Origin: an uncultured Desulfobacter sp.
GTDB lineage: Bacteria; Desulfobacterota; Desulfobacteria; Desulfobacterales; Desulfobacteraceae
Reading direction: 5' to 3'
Assembly: GCA_963665095.1 (NCBI GenBank)
Contig: OY762069.1
Span: forward strand, 4,608,001-4,672,000
DNA: 64,000 bases
In this document: positions 10,667-20,866 of the stretch, one piece after another
How positions within the stretch are numbered: the stretch's first letter is position 1
How the letters are laid out: each line of letters starts with the position of its first letter
Notes under the pieces: model-generated
The model's database searches: none
What the model saw: the letters and a program-made list of their open reading frames with translations, nothing else
Told to the model about the DNA's origin: nothing
Made by a program: the position numbers and the translations under genes

Positions 10667-12037
10667 ATGGATACAATTGCCGCCATAGCCACCCCTTTTG
10701 GAAGCGGCGGTATCGGGGTTATCCGGGTGTCAGGCCCAAAATCCTTTGAGCTGGCATCCCGAATTTTTTCAAAGACACCGTGCCGGGTGACAAAAAGCCT
10801 GACTTTTGAGTCTCATAAGGTAATTCACGGATTCATATGCGACGGTGACAGTGTGGTGGATGAAGTGCTTGTCATTCCCATGAAGAGCCCCCGTTCCTAC
10901 ACAGCCGAAGATGTTGTTGAGATCCAGGCACATGCCGGCACCATAGTTCTGCGGCGTATCCTGGATCTGCTGTTCAGTCTCGGGATCCGGCCGGCAGAGC
11001 CGGGAGAGTTTACCCGGCGGGCATTTCTGAACGGCCGCATTGACCTTACCCAGGCTGAGGCCGTGGCCGATATTATCAATGCCCGGTCAGATTCCGCTCT
11101 GAAATTTGCAGCTGCCCAGAACCGGGGCACCCTGCGCATCCGCATCGAGGAAATGACAACCGTTCTAACCACCCTGCTTGCCCGGCTTGAAGCAGCCATT
11201 GATTTTCCAGACGATGCCGGTATGTTTTCCTACACCGAGGAAGACGAAAAAGAGCTTAATACCATTGAAGACAAATGTGCGGAGCTTATCCGGCAACATG
11301 AAGACGCCTGCTTTTTAAAAAGCGGAATACGGCTGGCCATCTGCGGCGAACCCAATGTGGGCAAATCCAGTATCATGAACAGAATACTGGATAAAGAAAA
11401 GTCGATCATCACCGCCGTTCCCGGAACCACCCGTGACCCCATTGAAGACAGCATGAACATTGAAGGGGTTCCCTTTGTCATTGTCGACACTGCAGGCATC
11501 CACCAGACAGATGACCTTGTGGAGATCATCGGCATTGAAAAGGCCAGGGATCAGATTAAGGTAGCTGATCTGATATTATTTGTGCTTGAGCCGGGAAAAC
11601 CCTTTTGCACCAAAACTGCATCAAAAATTTTGCCTGATGGGAAACAGGTTATCTATGTCATAAATAAAATGGACCTGGCCGATGAACTGCCTGTACCGGA
11701 ACTACCGGAAGCAGTGGCTGCATCCCGGCCGGTGGAAGTCAGTGCATTGACCGGGAAAGGCATTAACACGTTGCGCGCAAGGATTATGGAAACCTGTATT
11801 GGCAGCCTTGAGATTGAAAATAATACGGTGATACCCAACCTGCGTCACAAAAACGCCCTGGTCCAGGCGCTTGCCAGTATCACCACGGCCATGAAGGGCT
11901 TTCGCAGGGGCCAGGAAGAAGAGACCCTGGCAATAGATATAAAGAACGGTATTGATCATCTGGGCACCATTACCGGGGCAACAGCACCGCCGGATATCCT
12001 GGATGCTGTTTTTAATAACTTTTGCATCGGAAAATAA
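10667..12037 (+). CDS. mnmE: tRNA modification GTPase MnmE
   Basis: DTIAAIATP, GEPNVGKSS, GTTRD, DTAG, C-terminal FCIGK. Confidence 0.97.
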   Translation: MDTIAAIATPFGSGGIGVIRVSGPKSFELASRIFSKTPCRVTKSLTFESHKVIHGFICDGDSVVDEVLVIPMKSPRSYTAEDVVEIQAHAGTIVLRRILDLLFSLGIRPAEPGEFTRRAFLNGRIDLTQAEAVADIINARSDSALKFAAAQNRGTLRIRIEEMTTVLTTLLARLEAAIDFPDDAGMFSYTEEDEKELNTIEDKCAELIRQHEDACFLKSGIRLAICGEPNVGKSSIMNRILDKEKSIITAVPGTTRDPIEDSMNIEGVPFVIVDTAGIHQTDDLVEIIGIEKARDQIKVADLILFVLEPGKPFCTKTASKILPDGKQVIYVINKMDLADELPVPELPEAVAASRPVEVSALTGKGINTLRARIMETCIGSLEIENNTVIPNLRHKNALVQALASITTAMKGFRRGQEEETLAIDIKNGIDHLGTITGATAPPDILDAVFNNFCIGK

Positions 12038-12107
12038 CGGTAGCGGGCACGCCTGGTTTTATCCCGGCCACAACCCGCAACCAAACAGAAAAGATAAAGG
12101 TTTTTCC

Positions 12108-12758
12108 ATGGATTTAGATAAACATTTTGTTAAATACGAAGCTGTGGTCAGTATGGTGGACCAGGTATTTGACCGGGTCAAAAAAGAATTTCCAAAAGAG
12201 GTGTTCTGCAGGGAAAAATGTTCGGACTGCTGCTATGCTATTTTTGATCTGACCCTGATTGAGGCCTTGTACCTGAACCACAAGTTTAAGGAAAAATATA
12301 CCGGACATGAAAAAGCTGAGCTCGTTGCCATTGCGGATAAAACGGACCGGGCACTGGTAAAAATGAAACGGGAGGCCTATAAAAAGGTCAAGGAAGGGGC
12401 TGATCAGCTTGAAATTGTGGGGAGAATGTCCCAGGAGCGGGTCCGGTGTCCCCTGCTGGGGGAAAACAACCTTTGCCTGATGTATGAGTATCGACCCATC
12501 ACCTGCAGGGTTTACGGCATTCCGACGTCTACAGCCGGCGCTTCCCATATCTGCGGCAGAACCAATTTTGTCCAGGGAAAGGCTTATCCCACCCTGAATA
12601 TGGATAAAATCTACACCCAGCTCCAGCTGTTGTCCGCAGAATTGGTCAAGGAGATTAAATCCACCAATATCCGTATGCATGAACTGCTTATTCCGGTGTC
12701 CATGGCCATGATAACTGATTTCAATGATGACTTTCTTGGAGTGAAAAAAGATGAGTGA
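12108..12758 (+). CDS. YkgJ family cysteine-cluster (CxxxCxxCC) Zn/Fe-chelating protein
   Basis: CREKCSDCC, RCPLL..CLMYEYRPITCRVYG; start moved to ATG 12108 behind AAAGG. Confidence 0.85.
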   Translation: MDLDKHFVKYEAVVSMVDQVFDRVKKEFPKEVFCREKCSDCCYAIFDLTLIEALYLNHKFKEKYTGHEKAELVAIADKTDRALVKMKREAYKKVKEGADQLEIVGRMSQERVRCPLLGENNLCLMYEYRPITCRVYGIPTSTAGASHICGRTNFVQGKAYPTLNMDKIYTQLQLLSAELVKEIKSTNIRMHELLIPVSMAMITDFNDDFLGVKKDE

Positions 12759-13110
12759 AACACACTTCACCCCGGAAGAGGTTGAGGCAAGAAAAAAGGC
12801 GATTTTCGATGCCATGGGAAAACGGGGTCAGCGCCAGATAATGAAAAAGGGTTATGACCAGTGGGACCCGTTTCAGGAACCCAAAGATCCCATTGATATC
12901 AGAAAGGATAAAACAAAGCGCACCTCACAGGAGCTGATCAGGGAGTTTCTCACTGCCATTGATGCAGATGAATACTCCAACAGCTACGCCCAGGGTGCCC
13001 TTGAGATGTGCCTTGGCATCATCAATGATGAGGAGAAAATACGGGGCATGTTCGATTTTGCCCACTGGTATGCAAGGTTGCTTGAAAAAGAGGGACATGA
13101 CCCCCTCTGA
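12751..13110 (+). CDS. Hypothetical protein (119 aa)
   Basis: Overlaps both neighbours (translational coupling); GGAG RBS. Confidence 0.75.
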   Translation: MSETHFTPEEVEARKKAIFDAMGKRGQRQIMKKGYDQWDPFQEPKDPIDIRKDKTKRTSQELIREFLTAIDADEYSNSYAQGALEMCLGIINDEEKIRGMFDFAHWYARLLEKEGHDPL

Positions 13111-13909
13111 GAGATCCAAAGCCCTTGAAATCCTTTTTAATGCCACCTCACGGCTGACTGCCGGGGCATATATCCTTGCAATCAGTAAAGCGCTGTCACT
13201 GCCCAGGGCTATGGCAAAAAAACTTCTCAGGCAGCTCGTGGAAAACCAGGATGTGGCCTACCAGGATCTTTACGGGGCTACCTATGTCATGGAAGGCTTT
13301 TCAAAGCCGGTACGGATAACGGACCGGTTTTACATTCTCCCCCCTGACATTCCCGGCACCCCTGACACCCATAGCATTGATATTCGAATTGCCGCCGGAA
13401 TCTCCTTTGGCACAGGACATCACCCAACCACCCGACTGTGCCTGAATGCCCTTGACAGACTTTTTTTTTCATCCTCCTGCCGGCATCGCCTATATAGCGG
13501 CAGGGCTGCTGATATCGGCACTGGGTCAGGCATACTGGCTATAGCAGCCTGCCTTGCCGGCATTTCGTCCTGCACGGCCTTTGAAACCGACCTCAATGCC
13601 GTGAGTGAGGCAGACCGGAATGTGGCAGCCAATGACCTTAAGGGTAGAATTGATGTGGTCCACGGCCCCATGGTTCCTTTGGACAAACCTCTGTCTATGA
13701 TCATGGCAAACTTAAGATTTCCAACACTTAAGCAGCTGGCCCCAGATATTCATAGCCTTCTTGAGCCCAACGGCACCCTGGTGCTTTCCGGTGCCAGGGA
13801 ATGGGAAATGAAGGATCTTTGCACCCATTATAAAAGCACCGGTTTTATTGTTGACTGGAAAAAAATAGAAAAGCAGTGGGGTGTGCTGATCCTGACGCGC
13901 ACACCGTAA
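13097..13909 (+). CDS. PrmA-like SAM-dependent methyltransferase
   Basis: SFGTGHHPTTRLC, DIGTGSGILAI, MANL, LVLSG; N-terminal region unlike canonical PrmA. Confidence 0.82.
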   Translation: MTPSERSKALEILFNATSRLTAGAYILAISKALSLPRAMAKKLLRQLVENQDVAYQDLYGATYVMEGFSKPVRITDRFYILPPDIPGTPDTHSIDIRIAAGISFGTGHHPTTRLCLNALDRLFFSSSCRHRLYSGRAADIGTGSGILAIAACLAGISSCTAFETDLNAVSEADRNVAANDLKGRIDVVHGPMVPLDKPLSMIMANLRFPTLKQLAPDIHSLLEPNGTLVLSGAREWEMKDLCTHYKSTGFIVDWKKIEKQWGVLILTRTP

Positions 13910-14082
13910 TACCTCAACGCGCCTTTTAAAGGCTTTCACCTTGCAGCATCGCATCAAAGTTTCACAACATCCTTTTAATTCAAACCCAGTTGCCATTAAA
14001 ATTTGTTTTATACTTTATTCAGAAGGCAGCTTCGGGTACACTTTCTAAAATCACAATAATTCAAAGCCTTGCAGGAAAATCA

Positions 14083-14700
14083 ATGCGGCCTGTTTTACAA
14101 ATGTTCCTATTCCTGATTCTGGTATTAAGCCTCTCCCATGCGAAAGGGGAGGTCTATTTCTGGACCGATGATAACGGGATTCGGCATTTTTCAAATGTCT
14201 GCGCGCCAGCTGGTAAAAAAGTGAAACAGCTTCCTGAATCCAAAGCTTCTGTTCTGGATGAATCACCGTTTACAGTAACAAAGGTTTTTGACGGAGATAC
14301 CATAGAGGTTCAGGGAGAGGATCTGGAAATCAGAATCCGTTTAGTGGCCATTGATGCCCCTGAAACAGGCGGTGGCAGACAAAATTGGCAGCCCTACTCC
14401 CGAAGGGCGAAAAACAGGTTAACAGAACTTGTCCGGGGCAAAAAGATTCGTTTAAAACAATACGGCACTGGCGGATACAACAGAATTCTGGCTGAAGTAT
14501 TCTGCCGGGGAGAAAATATTAACCTGACCATGATCCGCCAAGGCCTGGCTGAAGTTTATCGGGGCAGGTTTCCGGATAATCTGAATATTTCTGAATATAA
14601 AAATGCTGAAAAAGAGGCCCGGCAGAAACGGAAAGGGATCTGGTCCCAGGGAAGCTCTTATAAAAGCCCTAAAATATGGCGAAAAGAAAACCCCAGATAA
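14083..14700 (+). CDS. Secreted thermonuclease (SNase) with an N-terminal DUF4124-like domain
   Basis: Signal peptide, VYFWTDDNGIRHFSN, DGDT, IRLVAIDAPE, YNRILA, RKGIWS; start uncertain. Confidence 0.88.
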   Translation: MRPVLQMFLFLILVLSLSHAKGEVYFWTDDNGIRHFSNVCAPAGKKVKQLPESKASVLDESPFTVTKVFDGDTIEVQGEDLEIRIRLVAIDAPETGGGRQNWQPYSRRAKNRLTELVRGKKIRLKQYGTGGYNRILAEVFCRGENINLTMIRQGLAEVYRGRFPDNLNISEYKNAEKEARQKRKGIWSQGSSYKSPKIWRKENPR

Positions 14701-14706
14701 CCTTAG

Positions 14707-15798
14707 CTACAAACTTAACGAACAACTCGTGGAAGCCGCATCATTATACTCAGGCAGTTCTTGTCTGTGTACCTTTATCAGGCCCGGCATAACCGTGTTC
14801 CTGCCGTTAAGCTTTGCCTTGTACAGCATGGCATCGGCATCCTCCACCAGCTTTGTAATATCGGAATTCGGGGTCATCTGTGCGACACCAAAGCTGGCTG
14901 TTACCGGTATGGTGGTATTATTAAAAGAAATATTCAGTGCCGCTATTTTCTGCCGAAGCCTGTCTGCCAGTTCCATGGCACGGGCTTTATCTGTTTCCGG
15001 GAGAATGGCAATAAACTCTTCCCCTCCAAACCTGGCAAGCACATCCTCCGTCCTCATATTCTGGCGAACCAGCCGGCTCACTTCCCTTAATACCTGATCT
15101 CCTCCCAAATGACCGTATGTATCGTTTACTGATTTAAAGTGGTCAAGATCAAACATAAATACGGACAAAGAATTTTTATGGCGTTCGGCTGCTGCAACAT
15201 ATCCTTTGATCTGGTCTTCAAAGGCTCGGCGGTTGTAACATTTTGTTAACGGATCTATGACGGCTGCATCCTGAAGATGCTGCATTTTAATTTGCCTGGA
15301 AAGGGCTGTGGTGCATCCCTGAAGAACAATGCGAATCACTTCATCGTGAAAGACTGTAATGGGCCGGCTGTGCATCATATACAGCCGTGAATAACAATTT
15401 TCTTCTTTATGATCGTAATGGACCAATGACTCAAGGGAAAATTTTTCCAGGCACTCCTCCCGGCCGGGGTTTAGATAATTTAAATCAGCAGCGCTTTCAA
15501 CCTGAAAGTCCTTAAGAATAATGTCTTCTATAGAGTTTTTATACATTCTTGGATCCAGCCAGACATCCATACCACCTGTATTTTTTTTAACCACAAAGGC
15601 AAAAAGGCGATAGCCAAGGATATCCTTGAGGCAGTCGGCCACTTCAGTGATGATTTCTGCGGAGCCGGATTTTTGACTTAAGGCCACAATATGGCGGGCA
15701 AGCTTGTTCTGCGTCTCGGCCCTTTGCAGGGAAGATCCGAATACCAGTCCCATGAAGGCGGATAATTTATGGCTGAATTTGTCAAGTGTATTATTCAT
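14707..15798 (-). CDS. Diguanylate cyclase
   Basis: DPLT..NRR, DLDHFK, RTED I-site, GGEEF, YKAK. Confidence 0.92.
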   Translation of the reverse strand: MNNTLDKFSHKLSAFMGLVFGSSLQRAETQNKLARHIVALSQKSGSAEIITEVADCLKDILGYRLFAFVVKKNTGGMDVWLDPRMYKNSIEDIILKDFQVESAADLNYLNPGREECLEKFSLESLVHYDHKEENCYSRLYMMHSRPITVFHDEVIRIVLQGCTTALSRQIKMQHLQDAAVIDPLTKCYNRRAFEDQIKGYVAAAERHKNSLSVFMFDLDHFKSVNDTYGHLGGDQVLREVSRLVRQNMRTEDVLARFGGEEFIAILPETDKARAMELADRLRQKIAALNISFNNTTIPVTASFGVAQMTPNSDITKLVEDADAMLYKAKLNGRNTVMPGLIKVHRQELPEYNDAASTSCSLSL

Positions 15799-15852
15799 GG
15801 TTCTTCCTTTAGCTCTAAAATTACAGGTGGCTGACCAACAACCTGAGTATTG

Positions 15853-15868
15853 AGCAACAAATATGCCA
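15853..15868 (-). promoter_or_regulatory. sigma54 -24/-12 promoter of the diguanylate cyclase gene
   Basis: Minus strand TGGCAT-ATTTG-TTGCT matches TGGCAC-N5-TTGC in spacing; 54 nt upstream of the ATG. Confidence 0.72.
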
Positions 15869-16024
15869 AACCCCTATAAAAAGGAAGATTACACTATATT
15901 TCAACGCGTTATCAAAAATCTATTCGGTTACAATTTTTGCCGGACCGGCAAAAATTGCAGCTTTAACCGTCAGGGATCAGCCGGAACCTGCCAAAGCCGT
16001 GACGCTTTATGCCATCTGCTCAGT

Positions 16025-16606
16025 TCAAAGGTTCCCTTTTAAACCAATCTGCTCAGCCACAGGCAGCATGCCGGCAATGGTCTGGGTAATCAGCTCAGAC
16101 AGTTCCATATCCAGCATTTTTGCCCCGTTACGGATCACCTCCCTGTCCACGGCAGCAGCAAAGGATTTATCCTTGAATTTTTTCTGTACCGATTTTGCTT
16201 TAATATCCAGAATGCTTTTAGAGGGACGGACTAACGCGGCACTGGCCACAAGGCCTGTGAGTTCATCAGTGGCATACAGCGTTTTTTCAAGCAGGTTTTG
16301 GGGCTCCACATCGCTGCAGATGCCCCAGCCATGACTGACAACCGCCCGGATATACTCCTGTGGCCAGTTATGAAATTCAAACAGCTCGACACATTTCACA
16401 CAATGCTGGTCCGGATACATTTCGTAATCCAGATCATGAACCAGACCCACCACCTTCCATTTTTCAATATCTTTCTGATCAAAATGTTTTGCAAAATGTC
16501 CCATGACTGATTCCACGCACAGGGCATGGCGAATCAGGCTCTCTTTTGAGTTATATTTTTTAAGCAGGTTAAAAGCTTCTTCACGGGTCGGTGTATAAGT
16601 GGTCAT
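16025..16606 (-). CDS. HD-domain hydrolase (HDIG-like)
   Basis: RHAL.VE, GLVHDLDYE, SHG, YATDELTG, VRPSKS. Confidence 0.88.
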   Translation of the reverse strand: MTTYTPTREEAFNLLKKYNSKESLIRHALCVESVMGHFAKHFDQKDIEKWKVVGLVHDLDYEMYPDQHCVKCVELFEFHNWPQEYIRAVVSHGWGICSDVEPQNLLEKTLYATDELTGLVASAALVRPSKSILDIKAKSVQKKFKDKSFAAAVDREVIRNGAKMLDMELSELITQTIAGMLPVAEQIGLKGNL

Positions 16607-16704
16607 GATATTTCCTTGTAATCAGTTGCGTTTCAAGTTATGGAATTACAATTTATTATCGATTAATCGATTTTAAGTCAATGAATGAAACAGGTCGAAA
16701 ATGA

Positions 16705-18447
16705 ATGCATTTTCCGGATAAAAAGAATGGCGTTCTCTCCTTTCCCAGATTCAGAACCCTGTTAAAAAAAATTATAGGGGTCTTACGTATCTGGGCTGTC
16801 TTGTCGGCGACTTCCCTTGTTGTGGTATTTCTTATGCCCGCTCAGGCATGCAAACCTTTTTTTATAGCATTTCTGCTTCTCAACGGCCTGTGCCTCATCT
16901 TGATTTTTTCCCGGTTCCGGGCATTTAACAGATTAACAGACGAGATTCGATTTTTATTGTCACATACCAGAAACATGATGTGGACCATGGATTCCCAGCT
17001 GATGATCACAGGAATCTGCGGAAATGTTAAGCATATCACCGGAAAAGACGGCTTGGCGTTGATGAACACAACGCTGTCCGCCTTTCTGCCGGGCAATGCC
17101 CTGGAAGAGTTCAATGGGTTAATTCGTAAAAACAAAGCGTTCAGCATGGAATGCACCATTTGCACAGACCCTCAAAAACCACTGCCGGTGCAGATCCAGG
17201 TCACGCCCATTCATGGACTTGGCCAGGACGCTTTCCAGGGTATTATACAAGATGTATCAGATCAGGTAAAAATCCGGCACCTTGAAAAAAAACTTAAAGA
17301 CGGTAACAAGTTAAAAAATTTAGGCGTCATTGCCGGCAGCGTTGCCCATGATCTGAACAACATCCTGGCCGGCATGGCCACATTCCCGGAAATACTTCTT
17401 CTGGACAATACGCTACCGACCAAAGTCAGGGAAAGTTTAACTATTATCAAGGATTCCGGACAAAAGGCATCAACAGTGGTAGGGGATCTTTTAACTATTT
17501 CCAGAGGAATTAAAGCGGACCGGCAAATACTTAATATCAATGCAGTGATTCAGCGATTCATCACTGCGCCGGAATTTAAAAAAATTCGACAGTCCTTCAG
17601 CCAGACATGTCTGGATATTGATCTTGAGCCGGAGCTGCTGAATATCAGCGGCTCTTATATCCATATTGAAAGAACCATCATGAATCTTCTGGTCAATGCC
17701 TTTGAACAGACAGCAACCATGGAAAATGGAGACATTGTCCTGTCCACAGCAAATTTTTATGTAAATGAGACCTGTACGTTTAACAGTGAAATAAAGCCGG
17801 TACCGGGGGAGTATGTGATGCTTATGGTGTCAGATAATGGTCCGGGCATTCCCCAAGGCTGCCTTGATAACATTTTCGATCCTTTTTTTACCAGTAAAGA
17901 ATTAGGGCTCTCAGGCACTGGCCTTGGCCTGACGGTGGTATTAAATACAGTTGAAGATCACAGAGGCGACATCCAGGTGGCGTCCAGTTCAAAGGGTACC
18001 CGGTTCACACTTTTGTTTCCGGCTGTCCGTGCAGAAATTCCGGCCGCAGCCCAGCCCGTATCTCTTGAAGAAATAACTGGAAATGCACAAACCATTCTGG
18101 TGGTTGACGATCTTTCCACCCAGCGCAAGATTGCCGAGGCCATTCTTACCCGGCTTAACTACAGGGTTTTTTCAGTGGCTGACGGGCTCTCTGCCATTGA
18201 ATTCATTAAACAAACCCCTGTGGATCTTATTTTACTTGATGTGTTCTTAGGTCCCGGGCTTTCCGGGCTTGAGGCCCTTGAACAGATCAGGGAGATCAAC
18301 CCCGGCCAGAAGGCCATCATTGCAAGTGGACATTCAGAGTCAGAAGAGGTATTAAAAGCCCAGGAACTCGGTAAAGATGCTTTTGTAAAAAAACCATTCA
18401 CTGTTATGGAAATGGGCATTGCCGTAAAAGAGGAACTTGACGGATAG
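16705..18447 (+). CDS. Membrane hybrid sensor histidine kinase (PAS-HisKA-HATPase-REC)
   Basis: Two TM helices, AHDLNN, NLLVNA, DNGPG, PFFTSK, GTGLGL, C-terminal receiver. Confidence 0.9.
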   Translation: MHFPDKKNGVLSFPRFRTLLKKIIGVLRIWAVLSATSLVVVFLMPAQACKPFFIAFLLLNGLCLILIFSRFRAFNRLTDEIRFLLSHTRNMMWTMDSQLMITGICGNVKHITGKDGLALMNTTLSAFLPGNALEEFNGLIRKNKAFSMECTICTDPQKPLPVQIQVTPIHGLGQDAFQGIIQDVSDQVKIRHLEKKLKDGNKLKNLGVIAGSVAHDLNNILAGMATFPEILLLDNTLPTKVRESLTIIKDSGQKASTVVGDLLTISRGIKADRQILNINAVIQRFITAPEFKKIRQSFSQTCLDIDLEPELLNISGSYIHIERTIMNLLVNAFEQTATMENGDIVLSTANFYVNETCTFNSEIKPVPGEYVMLMVSDNGPGIPQGCLDNIFDPFFTSKELGLSGTGLGLTVVLNTVEDHRGDIQVASSSKGTRFTLLFPAVRAEIPAAAQPVSLEEITGNAQTILVVDDLSTQRKIAEAILTRLNYRVFSVADGLSAIEFIKQTPVDLILLDVFLGPGLSGLEALEQIREINPGQKAIIASGHSESEEVLKAQELGKDAFVKKPFTVMEMGIAVKEELDG

Positions 18448-19295
18448 TGGATATTTTAAAAACAAAATCAGATATGCAGGCCTGGTCCGCTGCTAAAAAA
18501 AGGCAGGGAAAAACCATCAGTTTTGTTCCCACCATGGGATATCTTCACAAAGGCCATGTTTCATTGCTGGACATAGGAAAACCCTTAAGTGATGAACTGG
18601 TTTTAAGCATTTTTGTCAATCCCACCCAGTTTGGCCCCAATGAGGATCTCGACGCCTACCCCAGTGATATTGGGAATGATCTGGATTTGGCTGAAACAGC
18701 CGGCGTAACAGCCGTGTTTCTGCCCAACAGGGAAGAGATGTACGAATCCGGGTACCAGACCCATGTTTTCCTTGATCATCTGCCCAACTACCTGTGCGGT
18801 AAATCAAGACCGGTTCACTTCGGCGGCGTGGCCACAGTGGTCACCAAACTTTTTAACATAGTCCTGCCCGATGTGGCCGTTTTCGGCAAAAAGGATTTCC
18901 AGCAGCTGGCCATTATCCGGCAGATGGTAAAAGATCTGGATTTCAATATTCAAATTATTGGCGGAGAGATCATCCGGGAAGACGACGGTCTGGCCATGAG
19001 TTCACGCAATGCTTATCTGGACGCGGATCAACGCCAATCTGCCGTATGCCTTTCCCGGGCCATCACCCGTGTCAGGGACCAGGTGGCACAGGGAGTCAGA
19101 TCTGTAACAGCCCTGAAAAGAGACACTGAGGCCTTTATTCACACCTTTAATCATACCCGGGTGGATTATATAGAGTTATGCGATCCCGGCACGCTTGAGC
19201 CGGTGCAAACCATTGCCACCACAACGCTCATGGCCCTGGCAGTACAGGTGGGTAAATCCAGGCTGATTGACAACGGACTTATTGAGCCGGACTAA
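18447..19295 (+). CDS. panC: Pantoate--beta-alanine ligase
   Basis: VPTMGYLHKGH, SIFVNPTQF, FGKKDFQQ, GLAMSSRN, RLIDN. Confidence 0.97.
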   Translation: MDILKTKSDMQAWSAAKKRQGKTISFVPTMGYLHKGHVSLLDIGKPLSDELVLSIFVNPTQFGPNEDLDAYPSDIGNDLDLAETAGVTAVFLPNREEMYESGYQTHVFLDHLPNYLCGKSRPVHFGGVATVVTKLFNIVLPDVAVFGKKDFQQLAIIRQMVKDLDFNIQIIGGEIIREDDGLAMSSRNAYLDADQRQSAVCLSRAITRVRDQVAQGVRSVTALKRDTEAFIHTFNHTRVDYIELCDPGTLEPVQTIATTTLMALAVQVGKSRLIDNGLIEPD

Positions 19296-20154
19296 ACGGT
19301 TTCACCAGAATAACCACCCGGCACTCCTTTAAAAAGGCATGGCGTTCCGTGGCCCGGTCCAGTGTCTTGGCGTCCGCCATGCTGACTACAATAGCACCCG
19401 TTTTGTCCCCGGTTTTCCGTAAGGCCTTGAATATCAGTGGATTCGGACCGATCCGATCCACGTTATTTTTTGCATCCCCATCACACACATAAGCGCAAAC
19501 ACCATACTGAACCGCAAACTCACGGCTTACAAAAAGGGAGGAATAAATTTCTTTTCCCTGCTCACTTACAATGGTGGGGTAAAGAACCGGTTCGAGTTTC
19601 AACCCTCTTGCATCCACAACAAGTCCTGTATAAGGCACGGTGCCAACGGGAGCAGTCACCTCGTTTTGCTCCTGCTTTTTCGGGTCGGGTTTAAGTTCAC
19701 TGATTTTTGGAATCTGCCGGATATGATCCGGCAATACCAGTTGAAGAAATCCGCCGTACAGAGATACCGTCATCCGAACCTCCACATCCAGGGCAGAGGT
19801 ATACAGCTGACGCTTTATCTGAACGTCCTGGGCAATCTTTTCAATTCCGGCAAGAATAACATCATGGCTTGACGCATATTCACCTACGGTCAGGCTTCCG
19901 GAAATCTTTATCTGTTTGAGAACGGCGATGAGATTGCGGATGGCAGAAGCCCTGGCTGACCCCGGCATGGTCACAGCATTGCCCTCTGCGTTTATTTCAG
20001 GCAATGCCCGGCCTGTGGTGGTTACAAGGCCTGACGCCCAGTCAATAGTACTGTTTTCAAACACCTGCAGGCACTGAGACCAGGCCAGGTCCCAGGGCAG
20101 GGCCATACTAAAAATAAAAAAAAAACATACTGTTACAACGGCATGCTTTCTCAC
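19279..20154 (-). CDS. Exported hypothetical protein (LPP20-like)
   Basis: Signal peptide; IDW..G and YTGLVVDARG motifs; overlaps the mobB stop. Confidence 0.6.
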   Translation of the reverse strand: MRKHAVVTVCFFFIFSMALPWDLAWSQCLQVFENSTIDWASGLVTTTGRALPEINAEGNAVTMPGSARASAIRNLIAVLKQIKISGSLTVGEYASSHDVILAGIEKIAQDVQIKRQLYTSALDVEVRMTVSLYGGFLQLVLPDHIRQIPKISELKPDPKKQEQNEVTAPVGTVPYTGLVVDARGLKLEPVLYPTIVSEQGKEIYSSLFVSREFAVQYGVCAYVCDGDAKNNVDRIGPNPLIFKALRKTGDKTGAIVVSMADAKTLDRATERHAFLKECRVVILVKPFSPAQ

Positions 20155-20669
20155 AACGGCCCCGCTGTTGACAATCGTCCAGATAGATAGCGGCTTTCAA
20201 TCAGATCAGAAAGAAGAACCGTTTCATCAAGACCAAATACCGGTTTTGGGGGGCTGATATCCGTATCTGTTACAAAGGCCACAAGCTCAGGATCTTCAAG
20301 ACATAGAGGTGTTTTATGAGGGCCATCTTTCCTGAACACCTCAATCTTGGGCAAAGACAGTGTTTTAAACCCTTCAGCAAGGATGATATCCATGTCACCC
20401 AGATAGTCAAAAAACCTATCCCGTGGGGGCCGGCTGTCTTCTTTTACGAGTGCCACCCTGGTCTCTGTTATCACAAGGGAAGATTTTGCACCGGCATTTT
20501 TATGGCGCCAGCTGTCTTTTCCCTCTTTATCAAAATCAAATTTGTCATGGGTGTGTTTTGCCGAGCCCACGCGATAACCGCGTCGGCTTAATTCCCGGAT
20601 GAGCTTTTCCATCAGGGTGGTTTTGCCTGAATTGGATTTGCCAACAATTAAAATTATTTGGGGCATCAT
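20151..20669 (-). CDS. mobB: Molybdopterin-guanine dinucleotide biosynthesis protein B
   Basis: VGKSNSGKTTL, KHTH, GKDSWRH, EGFK; start at 20669 or 20666. Confidence 0.92.
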   Translation of the reverse strand: MMPQIILIVGKSNSGKTTLMEKLIRELSRRGYRVGSAKHTHDKFDFDKEGKDSWRHKNAGAKSSLVITETRVALVKEDSRPPRDRFFDYLGDMDIILAEGFKTLSLPKIEVFRKDGPHKTPLCLEDPELVAFVTDTDISPPKPVFGLDETVLLSDLIESRYLSGRLSTAGPL

Positions 20670-20866
20670 TTCACCACTCATTGCTGTCGGGCTTGAACTC
20701 AAATGTTTCAGACCATGGGGATTAAAAAATCAGGCTAAAGATAAAATGGGGGGGTAAGAAAGTCAAGGCAGCCTGTTTATCATAATTTTCCTTGCCTTTT
20801 GCTTTTGTAATGATAAATAAAGACATATTAATTTTCACTATTTATTTCTTTTATCTGGAGTCCTGT

